Notes: generated from the sequence alone by a model not told the origin. Positions 17,437 through 26,972 are shown, counted from the first letter of the stretch. The stretch: DNA of 64,000 nucleotides from a virus (IMGVR_UViG_3300028840_001835), one strand, 5' to 3'. Numbers and translations are program-made.

Positions 17437-17512
17437 TGGTGGAGAGTATCAGAATCGAACTGATCACACAAACCTTGCAAAAGTTCGTCGCCGCCTTGGC
17501 ACATGACCCCCC
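17437..17512 (-). tRNA. tRNA-Ala(UGC), second copy with atypical D arm
   Basis: G3:U70; loop TT-TGC-AA; CCA. Confidence 0.8.
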
Positions 17513-17519
17513 AAACTCT

Positions 17520-17595
17520 TGGAGCCGGTGAGAGGATTCGAACCCCCAATCTTCTCCTTACAAGGGAGCTGCATCGCCAATTATGCTACACCGGC
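17520..17595 (-). tRNA. tRNA-Thr(UGU)
   Basis: Loop CT-TGT-AA, CCA. Confidence 0.92.
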
Positions 17596-17602
17596 ATATA
17601 TC

Positions 17603-17676
17603 TGGTAGCGGTATGGGGAATCGAACCCCAGTCTGAAGGTTGAGGGCCTCCCGATCTACCACTGAACTATACCGCC
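17603..17676 (-). tRNA. tRNA-Glu(CUC), C33
   Basis: Same body as Glu(UUC) at 10319; loop CC-CTC-AA. Confidence 0.8.
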
Positions 17677-17874
17677 TCAAACTTGTCCTGTTTTATGAAG
17701 TTCAAGAACTACATAATCTTCAAATGTCTTTATATAGGGCAACTCTTTCGCCTCTTGACTTTTCTTAAACAGATTATAAGAATACTTTAGTTCTTTTTTC
17801 GATTTTAAATAAGACTGTTTGAATCTTTTATAAAAATCCTTATCATCCTCATTTACATATGTTCTCCAATCCAT
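17677..17874 (-). CDS. putative capsid-internal protein (CTS-like)
   Basis: MDWRTYVNE start. Confidence 0.6.
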   Translation of the reverse strand: MDWRTYVNEDDKDFYKRFKQSYLKSKKELKYSYNLFKKSQEAKELPYIKTFEDYVVLELHKTGQV

Positions 17875-17890
17875 ATGTTCTCCTTATATT

Positions 17891-17964
17891 TGGAGCGGGC
17901 GAGGGGAATCGAACCCCTGTCTACTGGACGGCAGCCAATCGTAATACCATTATACTACGCCCGC
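17891..17964 (-). tRNA. tRNA-Gly(GCC)
   Basis: Loop CT-GCC-GT, U73, CCA. Confidence 0.92.
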
Positions 17965-17972
17965 TTGAAACT

Positions 17973-18047
17973 TGGCCAGGCCACGGGGAATCGAACCCCG
18001 ATCTGCAGGTCGACAGCCTACTGTTCTAACCGTTGAACTATGACCCG
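17973..18047 (-). tRNA. tRNA-Asp(GUC)
   Basis: Loop CT-GTC-GA, G73, CCA. Confidence 0.9.
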
Positions 18048-18054
18048 AAAACTT

Positions 18055-18129
18055 TGGAGTACCGACTCGGAATCGAACCGAGGATCACTGGGTTGCAGCC
18101 AGCCGCCTTAACCACTTGGCCACCGGTAC
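18055..18129 (-). tRNA. tRNA-Cys(GCA)
   Basis: Loop CT-GCA-AC, U73, CCA. Confidence 0.92.
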
Positions 18130-18153
18130 TTGAATTCTCTTTTAATATTTATA

Positions 18154-18247
18154 TGGTGGGCAGGGAGGGAGTCGAACCCCCGATGTTCACCGCAAAGGGA
18201 AGTGGGTTACAGCCACTCACAGCACAACCGACAGCTGCCTCCTACCC
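18154..18247 (-). tRNA. tRNA-Tyr(GUA)
   Basis: Loop CT-GTA-AC, long variable arm, CCA. Confidence 0.88.
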
Positions 18248-18595
18248 AAATAAAAAACACCAAATCCTTCTTACAGTTCCTACAATAAATGTTATCTTCT
18301 TAAAATATTTACATTTAAAATTCTTATTTAATTGTCCTTGTCCTTGAATTCTTTTCTTTGTTTTTATTATGCCACTTATTTTATCTATCCGACTTCCAAA
18401 CTCCCAACATACTGGATGTTGACACATGGGAATCGTTCCTACATCAGAAACCAGATCAAAACTTAAATCTCTAATTCCTGTTGTATATGTAAAGCCGTTA
18501 ATAAATTCATCCGCTACACTCGATTCAGTACCGTAATAATACCAACAGTCTTTACAAAATTTCAATTTCTTTTCAATATTCATTTTTAAATAACT

Positions 18596-18672
18596 TGGTC
18601 AGGGAGGTGGGATTTGAACCCACGACCTTTTGGTTCCAAACCAAACGACCTACCAGACTGGCCTACACCCTG
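18596..18672 (-). tRNA. tRNA-Pro(UGG)
   Basis: Loop TT-TGG-AA, CCA. Confidence 0.9.
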
Positions 18673-18681
18673 TTTCAATTC

Positions 18682-18760
18682 TGGTCTGGGTTGAGGGATT
18701 CGAACCCCCACGATATTCTTGGCCCCAAACCAAGTGGCCTTCCTAATGGCCCTAACCCAG
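18682..18760 (-). tRNA. tRNA-Pro(UGG), second copy
   Basis: Loop TT-TGG-GG, CCA. Confidence 0.88.
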
Positions 18761-18770
18761 AAAAACTTTA

Positions 18771-18885
18771 TAGATGTGAATGCAGGACTTGAGCCTGCAT
18801 CTCCCATGTTCTCAGATTCCTGTCATCTCGAAGTGACCACCTCCCAGTTGTTCAACTGGGTATGCTACCATTTACACCACAATCT
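18771..18885 (-). pseudogene. tRNA-like element with ~40-nt enlarged variable region
   Basis: D arm GTGT-AAATGGTA-GCAT; stem CCCAG/CTGGG; T arm GCAGG-CTCAAGT-CCTGC; imperfect acceptor, no CCA. Confidence 0.55.
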
Positions 18886-18930
18886 TCTAGCGAACATTTG
18901 CCCCGAAGGCGGGGTGTTCTCCCTATTAAA

Positions 18931-19332
18931 CTAATTCACATCTAAAATTCTATGCACCTCATCCTCATGTATTGGTGAGGTTAAAAACTCGTCCAGCTCC
19001 TTATTATTTATGTTATCACTAGAGTACCCAACTATGAACTCGTCCCCAGTGACCTTAAAGGAGTGCATCTGCTTGTACGTTCGGATCATTCCTGACAGGT
19101 CTATCTTTAATTCTCTCTCCAGATCCAGGGAGAGGAATATGTAATCGTAACCATCGTACCCATTGACCTGCAGGTACATCAAATGTTTAAAGTAACTCAA
19201 CCAATCCTGCGCCTCTTCGATGTTCACCTCGTGATCAGCCCAATCGTATCTTTCCAAGGCCGACCTTAGAACCGCCTTATTTTCAGGATTGCTATCAACC
19301 AACAATACGTTGATGATATCCCCGGTTTGCAT
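18931..19332 (-). CDS. CheY-like (pseudo-)receiver domain protein
   Basis: NVLLVDSN...LRSALE...YDYIFLSL; Ser at the phospho-acceptor Asp position. Confidence 0.6.
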   Translation of the reverse strand: MQTGDIINVLLVDSNPENKAVLRSALERYDWADHEVNIEEAQDWLSYFKHLMYLQVNGYDGYDYIFLSLDLERELKIDLSGMIRTYKQMHSFKVTGDEFIVGYSSDNINNKELDEFLTSPIHEDEVHRILDVN

Positions 19333-19351
19333 GATTCCCCCATGTTATGAT

Positions 19352-19427
19352 TGGCTGGCAGGGAGGGCTTCGAACCCCCATCTTCCCGGTTAACAGCCGA
19401 GCGCATTACCAGTTATACTACCTGCCA
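19352..19427 (-). tRNA. tRNA-Asn(GUU)
   Basis: Loop CT-GTT-AA, G73, CCA. Confidence 0.92.
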
Positions 19428-19577
19428 TTTATTATATATATAATTCTAGGAGGTTTTATGTTTGAACACGCTAATGAGATAACCCCTCAGCTTCCAACCC
19501 AGAAAAAAACCAACCAGAAGAGCTATCAGTAATGGTAGCATTTTTATCCTTTCTGTTTAGTCAAGCATATTTGATTA

Positions 19578-19606
19578 ATTGTACTATACTTTTAAACCGC
19601 TGTCAA
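19578..19606 (-). promoter_or_regulatory. sigma70-type promoter heading the tRNA array
   Basis: TTGACA-N17-TACAAT. Confidence 0.8.
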
Positions 19607-19644
19607 GTATTTTTTTAAATTTATTGGACTTTTATTTTAGAAAA

Positions 19645-19678
19645 CAAAAGAAAAGTCCGGGAATTACCTCCCCGGACT
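19645..19678 (-). terminator. intrinsic terminator
   Basis: AGTCCGGG-gaggtaatt-CCCGGACT then TTTCTTTT. Confidence 0.8.
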
Positions 19679-19990
19679 CATCTCCCAATAAAGATTATTC
19701 TTATACAATGGCACCTTAAACCTAGGAGAACAACTTGGTGAAGGGTGTTTTTAAACCTTTGGTTTATAGCGCCCGTCCTTCTATATCGTATTATTAATTC
19801 CCTACCTCCCTGATGCTATCCATCTATAATTTAGTTCTCAGAGCCCCGACCAACTACATGGCACCGGGGTTGTTCTGAAAGACAGTAAAAAGGATTATCC
19901 GGAACCCCTAGATACTATCTACTTGTTGGGACTGGTGGGAAACCAACACCGTTGTTGACTCCTATTTCACATACGTTAATATATGAAACT
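19645..19990 (-). ncRNA. candidate ~340-nt structured ncRNA
   Basis: ORF-free; TATAAATA at 19997-20004; terminator; long-range pairings. Confidence 0.55.
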
Positions 19991-19999
19991 CTATTTTAT

Positions 20000-20422
20000 T
20001 TATAAATCAAATATATGAGGCAGATCAGTTCTCATGTAACGCCACCTCTTATATTTCTTTTCGTATTCCTGAAACGTCATCTCCCTAAAGGGTATGGACT
20101 TTTCATCGAAAAACCTTTTCTTTAATTTTATGAGTGATTCATACTGATACCCAAAATATACCTGAGGAAGTTCATCAGACTCGTTTCTACAATATCTTTT
20201 AAACCGATCAAATTCATTTTGATTTGCCATTGTCCTTGTCCAGAATATGAATGGGTTCTCGGTCGTCCCACCAAAATCCAAAACAAAGAAACAGCGCCAT
20301 TTTTCCTCGGGCGTATTCCATGTGTGTTTGTCTGCCTCATCCTTGGTCAGATAGAAATAATTATTACCAGCCATCCAGGCCTTGAGATATGCGACACCGA
20401 AAAATCTAACATCTATAATCAT
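20000..20422 (-). CDS. EFFG-family paralog
   Basis: DVRFFGVAY...FFVLDFGG..PFIFW...LK.RFF...IP. Confidence 0.75.
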   Translation of the reverse strand: MIIDVRFFGVAYLKAWMAGNNYFYLTKDEADKHTWNTPEEKWRCFFVLDFGGTTENPFIFWTRTMANQNEFDRFKRYCRNESDELPQVYFGYQYESLIKLKKRFFDEKSIPFREMTFQEYEKKYKRWRYMRTDLPHIFDL

Positions 20423-20437
20423 TCAAAATCCTTTCAC

Positions 20438-20869
20438 TCAAACATGCGGAACCGTGTTTTGACAGAAATCCAATTTCTTATATCTCCTCTCCCATTCTTT
20501 AATGGTGAGATTCCTAATCGGTACATCTTTTGTGCCAAACAATTTGAGTTTTAGTTCCATTATCATTTTCTCTACGTTACTAAATTTGCTATAACATTTA
20601 TGTATCTTATCACGATTGATCAATGCAACGCCCGCATTCTTACAGATGTTTCTCATCTTCTTTATAGTACCTGGCGTTCTATATCTCATCGACCAGAACA
20701 GATGTGGTTGTGTTGTTCCGGCACCAAAATCCATAACAAAATAACAGTACCAATACTTCTTAAAAGCAGGACCTTCTTGCTTGTCAGATACATCCTTGCC
20801 AGCCCAGGCATTCTGCGATGCCCAACACTCTAGGATTGCCAGACCAAAAAACTCAACATCTATCTTCAT
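20438..20869 (-). CDS. EFFG-family paralog
   Basis: DVEFFGLA...YFVMDFG...HLFW...LKLKLFG...PI. Confidence 0.75.
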   Translation of the reverse strand: MKIDVEFFGLAILECWASQNAWAGKDVSDKQEGPAFKKYWYCYFVMDFGAGTTQPHLFWSMRYRTPGTIKKMRNICKNAGVALINRDKIHKCYSKFSNVEKMIMELKLKLFGTKDVPIRNLTIKEWERRYKKLDFCQNTVPHV

Positions 20870-20885
20870 TTGAAAAACCTTTCAC

Positions 20886-21332
20886 TTAAATTTCATTTGG
20901 TATTTTCTGCATTGTATCTCTTAAATTTCTATACCTATTTAACCATTCATCCTTGGTCAGATATTTTATAGGTATTGGTTCGTTTCCAAATTTCATCTTT
21001 AAGGTCGTCACCATTTTCTCTGCGATGGAAAGCTTGCCTTGTGTATTCAATGATCTCTGATTCATTAATGCCAACCCCGGGTTCTCACATATGGCGATTA
21101 ATTTCCTTACCGGATCTTGATTGGCGTACTTCTTTGACCAGAACAATATAGGGCTCTTGGTATTCCTTCCAAGATCCAGAACAAAATAACAACGACTAAT
21201 CACCTGAATCGGACCATAGTAATTATGTTTATGCTGTTCAGCACTCTCCTCTGTATCATAAACCTCATAATTACCAAACTGACCATATCCTTTATATATG
21301 GCAAACCCAAAAAACTCAACGTCTAAATTCAT
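20886..21332 (-). CDS. EFFG-family paralog
   Basis: DVEFFGFA...YFVLDLG...PILFW...LKMKFG..PIPI. Confidence 0.75.
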   Translation of the reverse strand: MNLDVEFFGFAIYKGYGQFGNYEVYDTEESAEQHKHNYYGPIQVISRCYFVLDLGRNTKSPILFWSKKYANQDPVRKLIAICENPGLALMNQRSLNTQGKLSIAEKMVTTLKMKFGNEPIPIKYLTKDEWLNRYRNLRDTMQKIPNEI

Positions 21333-21589
21333 GTCTTATCCGCTTTCCTTCTTAACACGATATAATGTCTATGTTTTGAACACCAGAACACCAGATCCCC
21401 AATACCCATATATATGATATTGGTCGAGACCACATATCCATTATCCAACACCAATATTGATAGATCCTTCTCCGTTGGAACAATATGAAACGTGGAAATC
21501 CTGCCAATATATTCCTTGCCACATTCCTTTTTGATACATCCCATGAACAATAGGGCGGACAACAAAAACATATACATCATTCCTCGCAT
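21329..21589 (-). CDS. lipoprotein
   Basis: Lipobox FMG-C. Confidence 0.65.
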   Translation of the reverse strand: MRGMMYMFLLSALLFMGCIKKECGKEYIGRISTFHIVPTEKDLSILVLDNGYVVSTNIIYMGIGDLVFWCSKHRHYIVLRRKADKT

Positions 21590-21942
21590 TCAAACACCTT
21601 CTTTATCTTGTAATAATCAAATGTAATCTCTTTAAATTCAAAAGCATCCTGAAGTATCCTCATCACCTGCAACCATTGTTTGAATGTATATATGTGATAC
21701 CTATAAACATCATTGACTATTATGAAATCCAGGTTCTTCAGTAAAAACAACTTCCTTGCCTTAATGATCCCCTCAGCCAGTTCCAGAGTTCTATACTCAA
21801 ACGGGTTCTTCTCAAAGAATGAAAATATAATAAAACCCTTATCCTCCCTGGTCTTGGCTATGTCATAACCCCAAGACGAAAAATTTGATTTAGTATCCGC
21901 CATGAGCCTATTCTCAATCAACATCAGAAATGACTTACTCAT
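21577..21942 (-). CDS. FLxG-family paralog
   Basis: RKLFLLKNL. Confidence 0.6.
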   Translation of the reverse strand: MSKSFLMLIENRLMADTKSNFSSWGYDIAKTREDKGFIIFSFFEKNPFEYRTLELAEGIIKARKLFLLKNLDFIIVNDVYRYHIYTFKQWLQVMRILQDAFEFKEITFDYYKIKKVFECEE

Positions 21943-22343
21943 AATCCGGCATTTTTATTGACTTTCCAATCCTCGGTGATACTCTTGACATTAAACGGAG
22001 AGAAATATTCATCTATAAACTGTTGCTCCCCATAATGTTTATCCCCATGTTCATTGATGAAGGTTGTCTTATCCATGAACTGATATATCTTTCCCTCTTT
22101 GGCCTCGATTGTACCATCTGACATAACTAGGGTCCTTTTACACATCTTTTTAAACTCTGACGACATCCACTCTCCTCCATCGACCGCCGTTAATCTTTGG
22201 ATTGGATCTTATCTCCGACGCATGCTTGTCGCAGTAGTAGAATGTCTTATATCTTCCACTAACTTGTCGAACCTTGTAGTTCTCCCACATGACCCTTGCC
22301 ACACATCTGCGAGTATGACCAATATTACTACACGATCTCCGTC

Positions 22344-22649
22344 TCATCTATTCCTTATATCACTAAGTGCGTGTTTTATATCCTTCTCCCTAAACTTTTC
22401 CCCAATCTGATCTTCCACGATCTTGACAAACCGCTTGAATGTCTTTTTCGATCTGAACTCAATCCTTACATACTGTTTAGTCACCCTATATTTCATGCCC
22501 GAGATAAGAATCATCCTTTCAACCAATTCAAAGAAACTAAGGTTCATATCTATATGTGGAATAATTCTTTTTCCATACAATATATGAAATTGATTCTTTC
22601 CAGAATCTGTGTTCACACAGGTTATTAACTTTCTATTTTTTAAAAACAT
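22344..22649 (-). CDS. FLxG-family paralog
   Basis: ERMILISGM. Confidence 0.65.
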   Translation of the reverse strand: MFLKNRKLITCVNTDSGKNQFHILYGKRIIPHIDMNLSFFELVERMILISGMKYRVTKQYVRIEFRSKKTFKRFVKIVEDQIGEKFREKDIKHALSDIRNR

Positions 22650-22659
22650 AATCTATCTC

Positions 22660-23157
22660 TTAATTCTCATCTCGAAACCATGGATGATCAAGACTTTTAG
22701 GCCTACTATTTTTCCTAGCCTCATAATCCTCCGAGACAAACTTTTTGTATCCATCGGGATATATTATAATTATCCTCTTTCCTTTCTTAACCGCATATCT
22801 TATGGTTGCCCATGTTCCCGATCTCAATCTATTGGCAATACCATCGGGAGTTGCGATCAGAAGTGATGAACCATCCACTATATCACGATTACGATCAAGA
22901 TATGGTTTTTCATCAAGTGTTACAACCCTTTCATTCTTGGGTTCCTTGAATCTCTTTCTTGCGACAACAGGTGGATGTAATATCACTCTATTGTTCTCAT
23001 TGATGGCAAGGGTTATTAGATACGCCTCATGGTCAGCACCAATACATTGACCATTTCTCAAGGTTATATCCTGATTAGCTATCATATCGGAAAAGACCTT
23101 TAGTTGCTTTTTAGTCATACCCTTCTGGGTTCCTGTGAAACCAATAGTAACCATCAC
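22660..23157 (-). CDS. SLOG-superfamily (DprA/Smf/YspA-like) protein
   Basis: IGFTGTQKG...GQCIGAD...YLDRNRDIVD...SGTWATIRYA. Confidence 0.8.
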   Translation of the reverse strand: MMVTIGFTGTQKGMTKKQLKVFSDMIANQDITLRNGQCIGADHEAYLITLAINENNRVILHPPVVARKRFKEPKNERVVTLDEKPYLDRNRDIVDGSSLLIATPDGIANRLRSGTWATIRYAVKKGKRIIIIYPDGYKKFVSEDYEARKNSRPKSLDHPWFRDEN

Positions 23158-23501
23158 ATATTCTCAAATATTTCCTCGCCGGTATCCTTTCTCCAGACCC
23201 GACCAGAGCCATTCATCTTCATGGTGATTCTATTCTTGGGAAACAAGTTTTCAAGAAAAACGATTCCATGAAGTAGATGACCAAGTATCGGAACCTCACC
23301 TGCACGGTCGAGGGTATCCTTTATCTTATTCACCTTAAGATAGTCCTCCATGGTGAGAAGGTTGGAGCCACACTTAGGACATTCCATGTTGACCCATTTA
23401 TAATATTCATCGAGAGGAACCTCCATGTTCTCCCAATTACATCCTTTGGCATCACATTGAATACCAGCGACCTTCATAACCTTTTCAGATAACGGTCTCA
23501 T
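23154..23501 (-). CDS. zinc-finger phage protein
   Basis: IQCDAKGC...ECPKCGSNLLT.ED. Confidence 0.7.
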   Translation of the reverse strand: MRPLSEKVMKVAGIQCDAKGCNWENMEVPLDEYYKWVNMECPKCGSNLLTMEDYLKVNKIKDTLDRAGEVPILGHLLHGIVFLENLFPKNRITMKMNGSGRVWRKDTGEEIFENM

Positions 23502-23536
23502 GATTCATCCTTTCTTTTTTATTTCCGTTCAACACA

Positions 23537-23565
23537 AATATAGTAAAAAGTTTTCTATCTGTCAA
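23537..23565 (-). promoter_or_regulatory. sigma70-type promoter
   Basis: TTGACA-N17-TATATT. Confidence 0.75.
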
Positions 23566-23884
23566 CCATTTCATCTAACCTCTCCTTCACCAAACTAATA
23601 TCATTTTTGTCAAGAGTACATCTATAACCAGGCTCAAAACAATAGATAAATTCATCAAAAGCCTCTGTTGTTGGGAATTGAAAAATATATGTTCCTGGCT
23701 CTTTAATATATTTTAAACCTTTAAGAAATACCAATTTAGAAAAACCAAATTCAGGATCTTCATACCAACTTCTGGCGATTGTAATATAAGGAATCTCCCT
23801 ATCAAAAGATACATCGAAACAAGGTCCTGTTGAACCGACCGTTATGTCAGAACGATTCTTCATGTCACCAATCCATAATTTCAA
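23555..23884 (-). CDS. FLxG-family paralog
   Basis: SKLVFLKGL. Confidence 0.75.
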   Translation of the reverse strand: MKLWIGDMKNRSDITVGSTGPCFDVSFDREIPYITIARSWYEDPEFGFSKLVFLKGLKYIKEPGTYIFQFPTTEAFDEFIYCFEPGYRCTLDKNDISLVKERLDEMVDR

Positions 23885-24149
23885 TTATTTCATTTTGTGA
23901 ATCTATTTCAAATTCAATATCCCAGACCTTTTCCAGTAAATCAACCACAATGACAAACTCTTCCGGAGTCTTGATGAATATACTACAATCTTTACCAAAT
24001 CGTTTTTCCTCTATCTTTGATAGAAATATTAGATTATAAAATTTAATATTTCTTCCAATCGACCATTGAAAATTCAAAAGAAGATATCCATCCTCTTTAC
24101 GAAAAGCAATATGATAATCACCATCCGTGGTATGTAACTTTAAATTCAT
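23865..24149 (-). CDS. FLxG-family paralog
   Basis: YNLIFLSKI. Confidence 0.6.
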   Translation of the reverse strand: MNLKLHTTDGDYHIAFRKEDGYLLLNFQWSIGRNIKFYNLIFLSKIEEKRFGKDCSIFIKTPEEFVIVVDLLEKVWDIEFEIDSQNEIIEIMDW

Positions 24150-24383
24150 TTATTAGAATGTAAAAGATATACCCTCGGACTGGTCCACCTTACCACGTTC
24201 CACGGGTGCGAAACTGGCACCGTTCCACGTCATCTGCTCATATGTGCCATTCGGTGAGAGTCTTATTATATCGAGCAGTCCATTCTTGACGGCTTTAATA
24301 TCTCCCTCAGGTATCGCTTGATGTGAGACCTGTTTAATCGTTCCATCGTCAAAAACATAAATGTATAACATACCTTCCTCCTT

Positions 24384-24677
24384 TTACCATGCCATCTCTG
24401 TTATCACCTTTTGGATATCTTCCACTCTACTTTTATCATTTAGATGTTTGTCTGAGAATTGAATAAACTTTAAAAACTCCTCACGGTTGAAAATGCTAAC
24501 ATACGTCCAACCTTTACGTTTAAATAATTTATAATTCGCAAGAAATAACCACTTTATTATTCTATCGTGTGTACCTTGATTCCGTGAAGCAATCCTAATT
24601 CTTAATCGTTTACTATTCACCTTTCGAAATAGTGTACGATTAGTTTTGCCGTGTACATGAAATGTTTTCATCGCCAC
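24384..24677 (-). CDS. FLxG-family paralog
   Basis: IKWLFLANY. Confidence 0.65.
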   Translation of the reverse strand: MAMKTFHVHGKTNRTLFRKVNSKRLRIRIASRNQGTHDRIIKWLFLANYKLFKRKGWTYVSIFNREEFLKFIQFSDKHLNDKSRVEDIQKVITEMAW

Positions 24678-24964
24678 CCCATCGCCTGTGACAAGGCCAC
24701 CACATCATTGGCCATTGTGTTAGTCTTGAATTCATGATGAAATGAAAATATCTTAAAGAACTTTCTAAGCTCGTTTTCGTTATAGACAAAAAACCTAGTC
24801 AACCCCTCCTGCCTGAATGATTCAATACCAGATAGAAACAACAACCTCAATAACTGGACATGGATGTTACTTATATCAATGTATATGTAACCCTCCAGAT
24901 GTCCAGTATAAGAGAAGTCCGTTAGATGAGGATCTCTTGCATAGAATTTACAAGCGTCCCTCAT
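24668..24964 (-). CDS. FLxG-family paralog
   Basis: LRLLFLSGI. Confidence 0.75.
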   Translation of the reverse strand: MRDACKFYARDPHLTDFSYTGHLEGYIYIDISNIHVQLLRLLFLSGIESFRQEGLTRFFVYNENELRKFFKIFSFHHEFKTNTMANDVVALSQAMGWR

Positions 24965-25361
24965 CCGTTCTGTTCTTTCAATGTTGGTTGTAAACCTTGA
25001 CTATATGCCACATTCAAGAGATACATATACTCTGTCCATATTGTCTTGGGTTTCCATGCATCTGCAGACAACCACGGCGTTCTATTACAACCAACTCTAC
25101 CAGTGTCCAAACGAATAGGACAACCAATACAATGATCTTTATTGGATATATTCTGGTCATGCACAAACACGTTACAATAAGCACAATCCTCACCGCGTTT
25201 TGAGAATCCACCATTAACGGTTGACCAGAGCTTAACCTCGCAACCCGTCTCCTTCGCCTCTTCGGAGAGAATCACATTTCTTCTCCAATGTTTGAGAACC
25301 CTACGGGTAAGAGAACGCATTCTGCGTTCCCCTACCTTTCGCGGCTTTTTTGTTTTATCCT

Positions 25362-25658
25362 TCATTCCCATCCCCATGCTCTTTGAGCACGCCAGGCGCT
25401 ATCATTACAATTCGGTTTCAACCTAATCGGCTCCATGGTCTCAAACCCGAATATGATTACCGGGGCCACTATGGTCTCGACCAGGATGACGCCCCAGACG
25501 ATGTTACCAATAGATGCCGAATAATCGACACAGTCCGATCTGTACTCTCCAGAATCGAACAGGCCATAGGTCTCATACTTGAAACCATCAAGCACCTTTG
25601 GATCGGCGCATGCTGTAAGCAGGACCACGGCAACCAGAATGGTTAAAATCTTTTTCAT
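25362..25658 (-). CDS. phage lipoprotein
   Basis: Lipobox LTA-C; YETYG...NIVWGVILVETIVAP. Confidence 0.75.
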   Translation of the reverse strand: MKKILTILVAVVLLTACADPKVLDGFKYETYGLFDSGEYRSDCVDYSASIGNIVWGVILVETIVAPVIIFGFETMEPIRLKPNCNDSAWRAQRAWGWE

Positions 25659-25682
25659 TTCTTTCTCCTTTGTTAAGTGTGG

Positions 25683-26051
25683 TTACCAGTTAATCTTTTT
25701 TATGAATGTTTCAATGAGTTTCTTATCATATTTTATTTTTTCATTATTAAATCCTACATGGCAAGCGTAACAATATTTCCTAAGATCATCTGCAGTCTTA
25801 ATGTATACGATTGTCATATCCTCCGCTTCTTCATGTTCAAGATTTGATAAAAAGAACATTCTTGAAAATGTACAATCCGACTTTACCCATGAACTATTAA
25901 CATAGGTTTCCCAATGATCCCGCTTGGGATCAAACCTAAGATCAATAGTGACAGATAGACCGATTGATACCTCCACTGAGAAATCTGGATCAGATCGTTC
26001 CTCCGATCTAAGTGCTTCAAAGAAACCGTTGGACATTAAACTCCCACTCAA
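25683..26051 (-). CDS. FLxG-family paralog
   Basis: SRMFFLSNL. Confidence 0.65.
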   Translation of the reverse strand: MSGSLMSNGFFEALRSEERSDPDFSVEVSIGLSVTIDLRFDPKRDHWETYVNSSWVKSDCTFSRMFFLSNLEHEEAEDMTIVYIKTADDLRKYCYACHVGFNNEKIKYDKKLIETFIKKINW

Positions 26052-26292
26052 AAGGTCCTGTCAAGACCATACCATTATCGGCCATCACATCATATAAGGT
26101 CTTTACAATCTTCATATCAAATTCAAAACAATGTTCATACCAAGACTTTGTAAATTTGTTTGTCGGTCTAATACCAAGAAGAAATAATTGTCGAAACAAT
26201 CTTGCTCTCATATCAAGATATGTCATATGTGCCATAATTCCACCTGGCTGTGGATATGAACATTTACCCAACAGTTTAGACATACCTCTCAT
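26017..26292 (-). CDS. FLxG-family paralog
   Basis: FRQLFLLGI. Confidence 0.7.
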   Translation of the reverse strand: MRGMSKLLGKCSYPQPGGIMAHMTYLDMRARLFRQLFLLGIRPTNKFTKSWYEHCFEFDMKIVKTLYDVMADNGMVLTGPFEWEFNVQRFL

Positions 26293-26552
26293 TCTCCTTC
26301 ATCGTAATACTGGTCACTCTCTGGAACAAAGCAAAGTTCATCCAACCTTCGTATCATCTTCTTATCTCTTTCGGACTCTTTGTTGTATAGGACGACATAT
26401 GTGGTGGCCGTTCCCACCCATCCATGAAGACCAGTCAGCAAAACAAGACTGACAAATCTCTCCATGTTATATGTTCTATATCTTTTCATCCATCGTTCCA
26501 TATATCTATCCCAGTTTCGGAGCCTCACGATCTGAAAAATATATGACATCAA
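26289..26552 (-). CDS. FLxG-family paralog (WLSG subgroup)
   Basis: SLVLLTGLHGW...Y..ES.RD..MI.RL. Confidence 0.7.
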   Translation of the reverse strand: MMSYIFQIVRLRNWDRYMERWMKRYRTYNMERFVSLVLLTGLHGWVGTATTYVVLYNKESERDKKMIRRLDELCFVPESDQYYDEGE

Positions 26553-26754
26553 TCACTGGATATGCATTCTTATTCCACTCCTGAATAGCCAGGTCGTTCA
26601 ATCTTTTCAACATCCACTTTTCCCTCTCGGACCTTGAATCATATCTCACAGAGAAAGAGACAGAGTTCTCTTCCCACCCCTTCAATCCGGATAACCAGAC
26701 CAATCTTCTGAAGGCGGTTATATCATAAACTCTAAATGTCCTAATCCTCTTCAT
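26506..26754 (-). CDS. FLxG-family paralog (WLSG subgroup)
   Basis: FRRLVWLSGLKGW. Confidence 0.75.
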   Translation of the reverse strand: MKRIRTFRVYDITAFRRLVWLSGLKGWEENSVSFSVRYDSRSEREKWMLKRLNDLAIQEWNKNAYPVIDVIYFSDREAPKLG

Positions 26755-26756
26755 AT

Positions 26757-26972
26757 CTAGGGTAACCCGGAGTCCTCATCAACAAAAATGGCAAGGGTAT
26801 CTAATCTCTCTATCATCTTCGTATCCCTTTTAGAATCCTTATCATAACGAACAGCAAATGTATAGTAACTTTCCCTCCATCCCTTCAGCCCAGACAACCA
26901 GACCAATCTTCTAAAATTTTCCATGTCCGCCGCCAGATCGCCGGTCCTATAGACCCTCACCCGCTTGTTCAT
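26757..26972 (-). CDS. FLxG-family paralog (WLSG subgroup)
   Basis: FRRLVWLSGLKGW. Confidence 0.75.
   Translation of the reverse strand: MNKRVRVYRTGDLAADMENFRRLVWLSGLKGWRESYYTFAVRYDKDSKRDTKMIERLDTLAIFVDEDSGLP

Noticed and set aside
19645-19680. RNase P RNA (plus-strand GAAAAGTCCGGG)
   Set aside because: The match is one arm of a terminator hairpin, and the 3' P4 consensus is absent.
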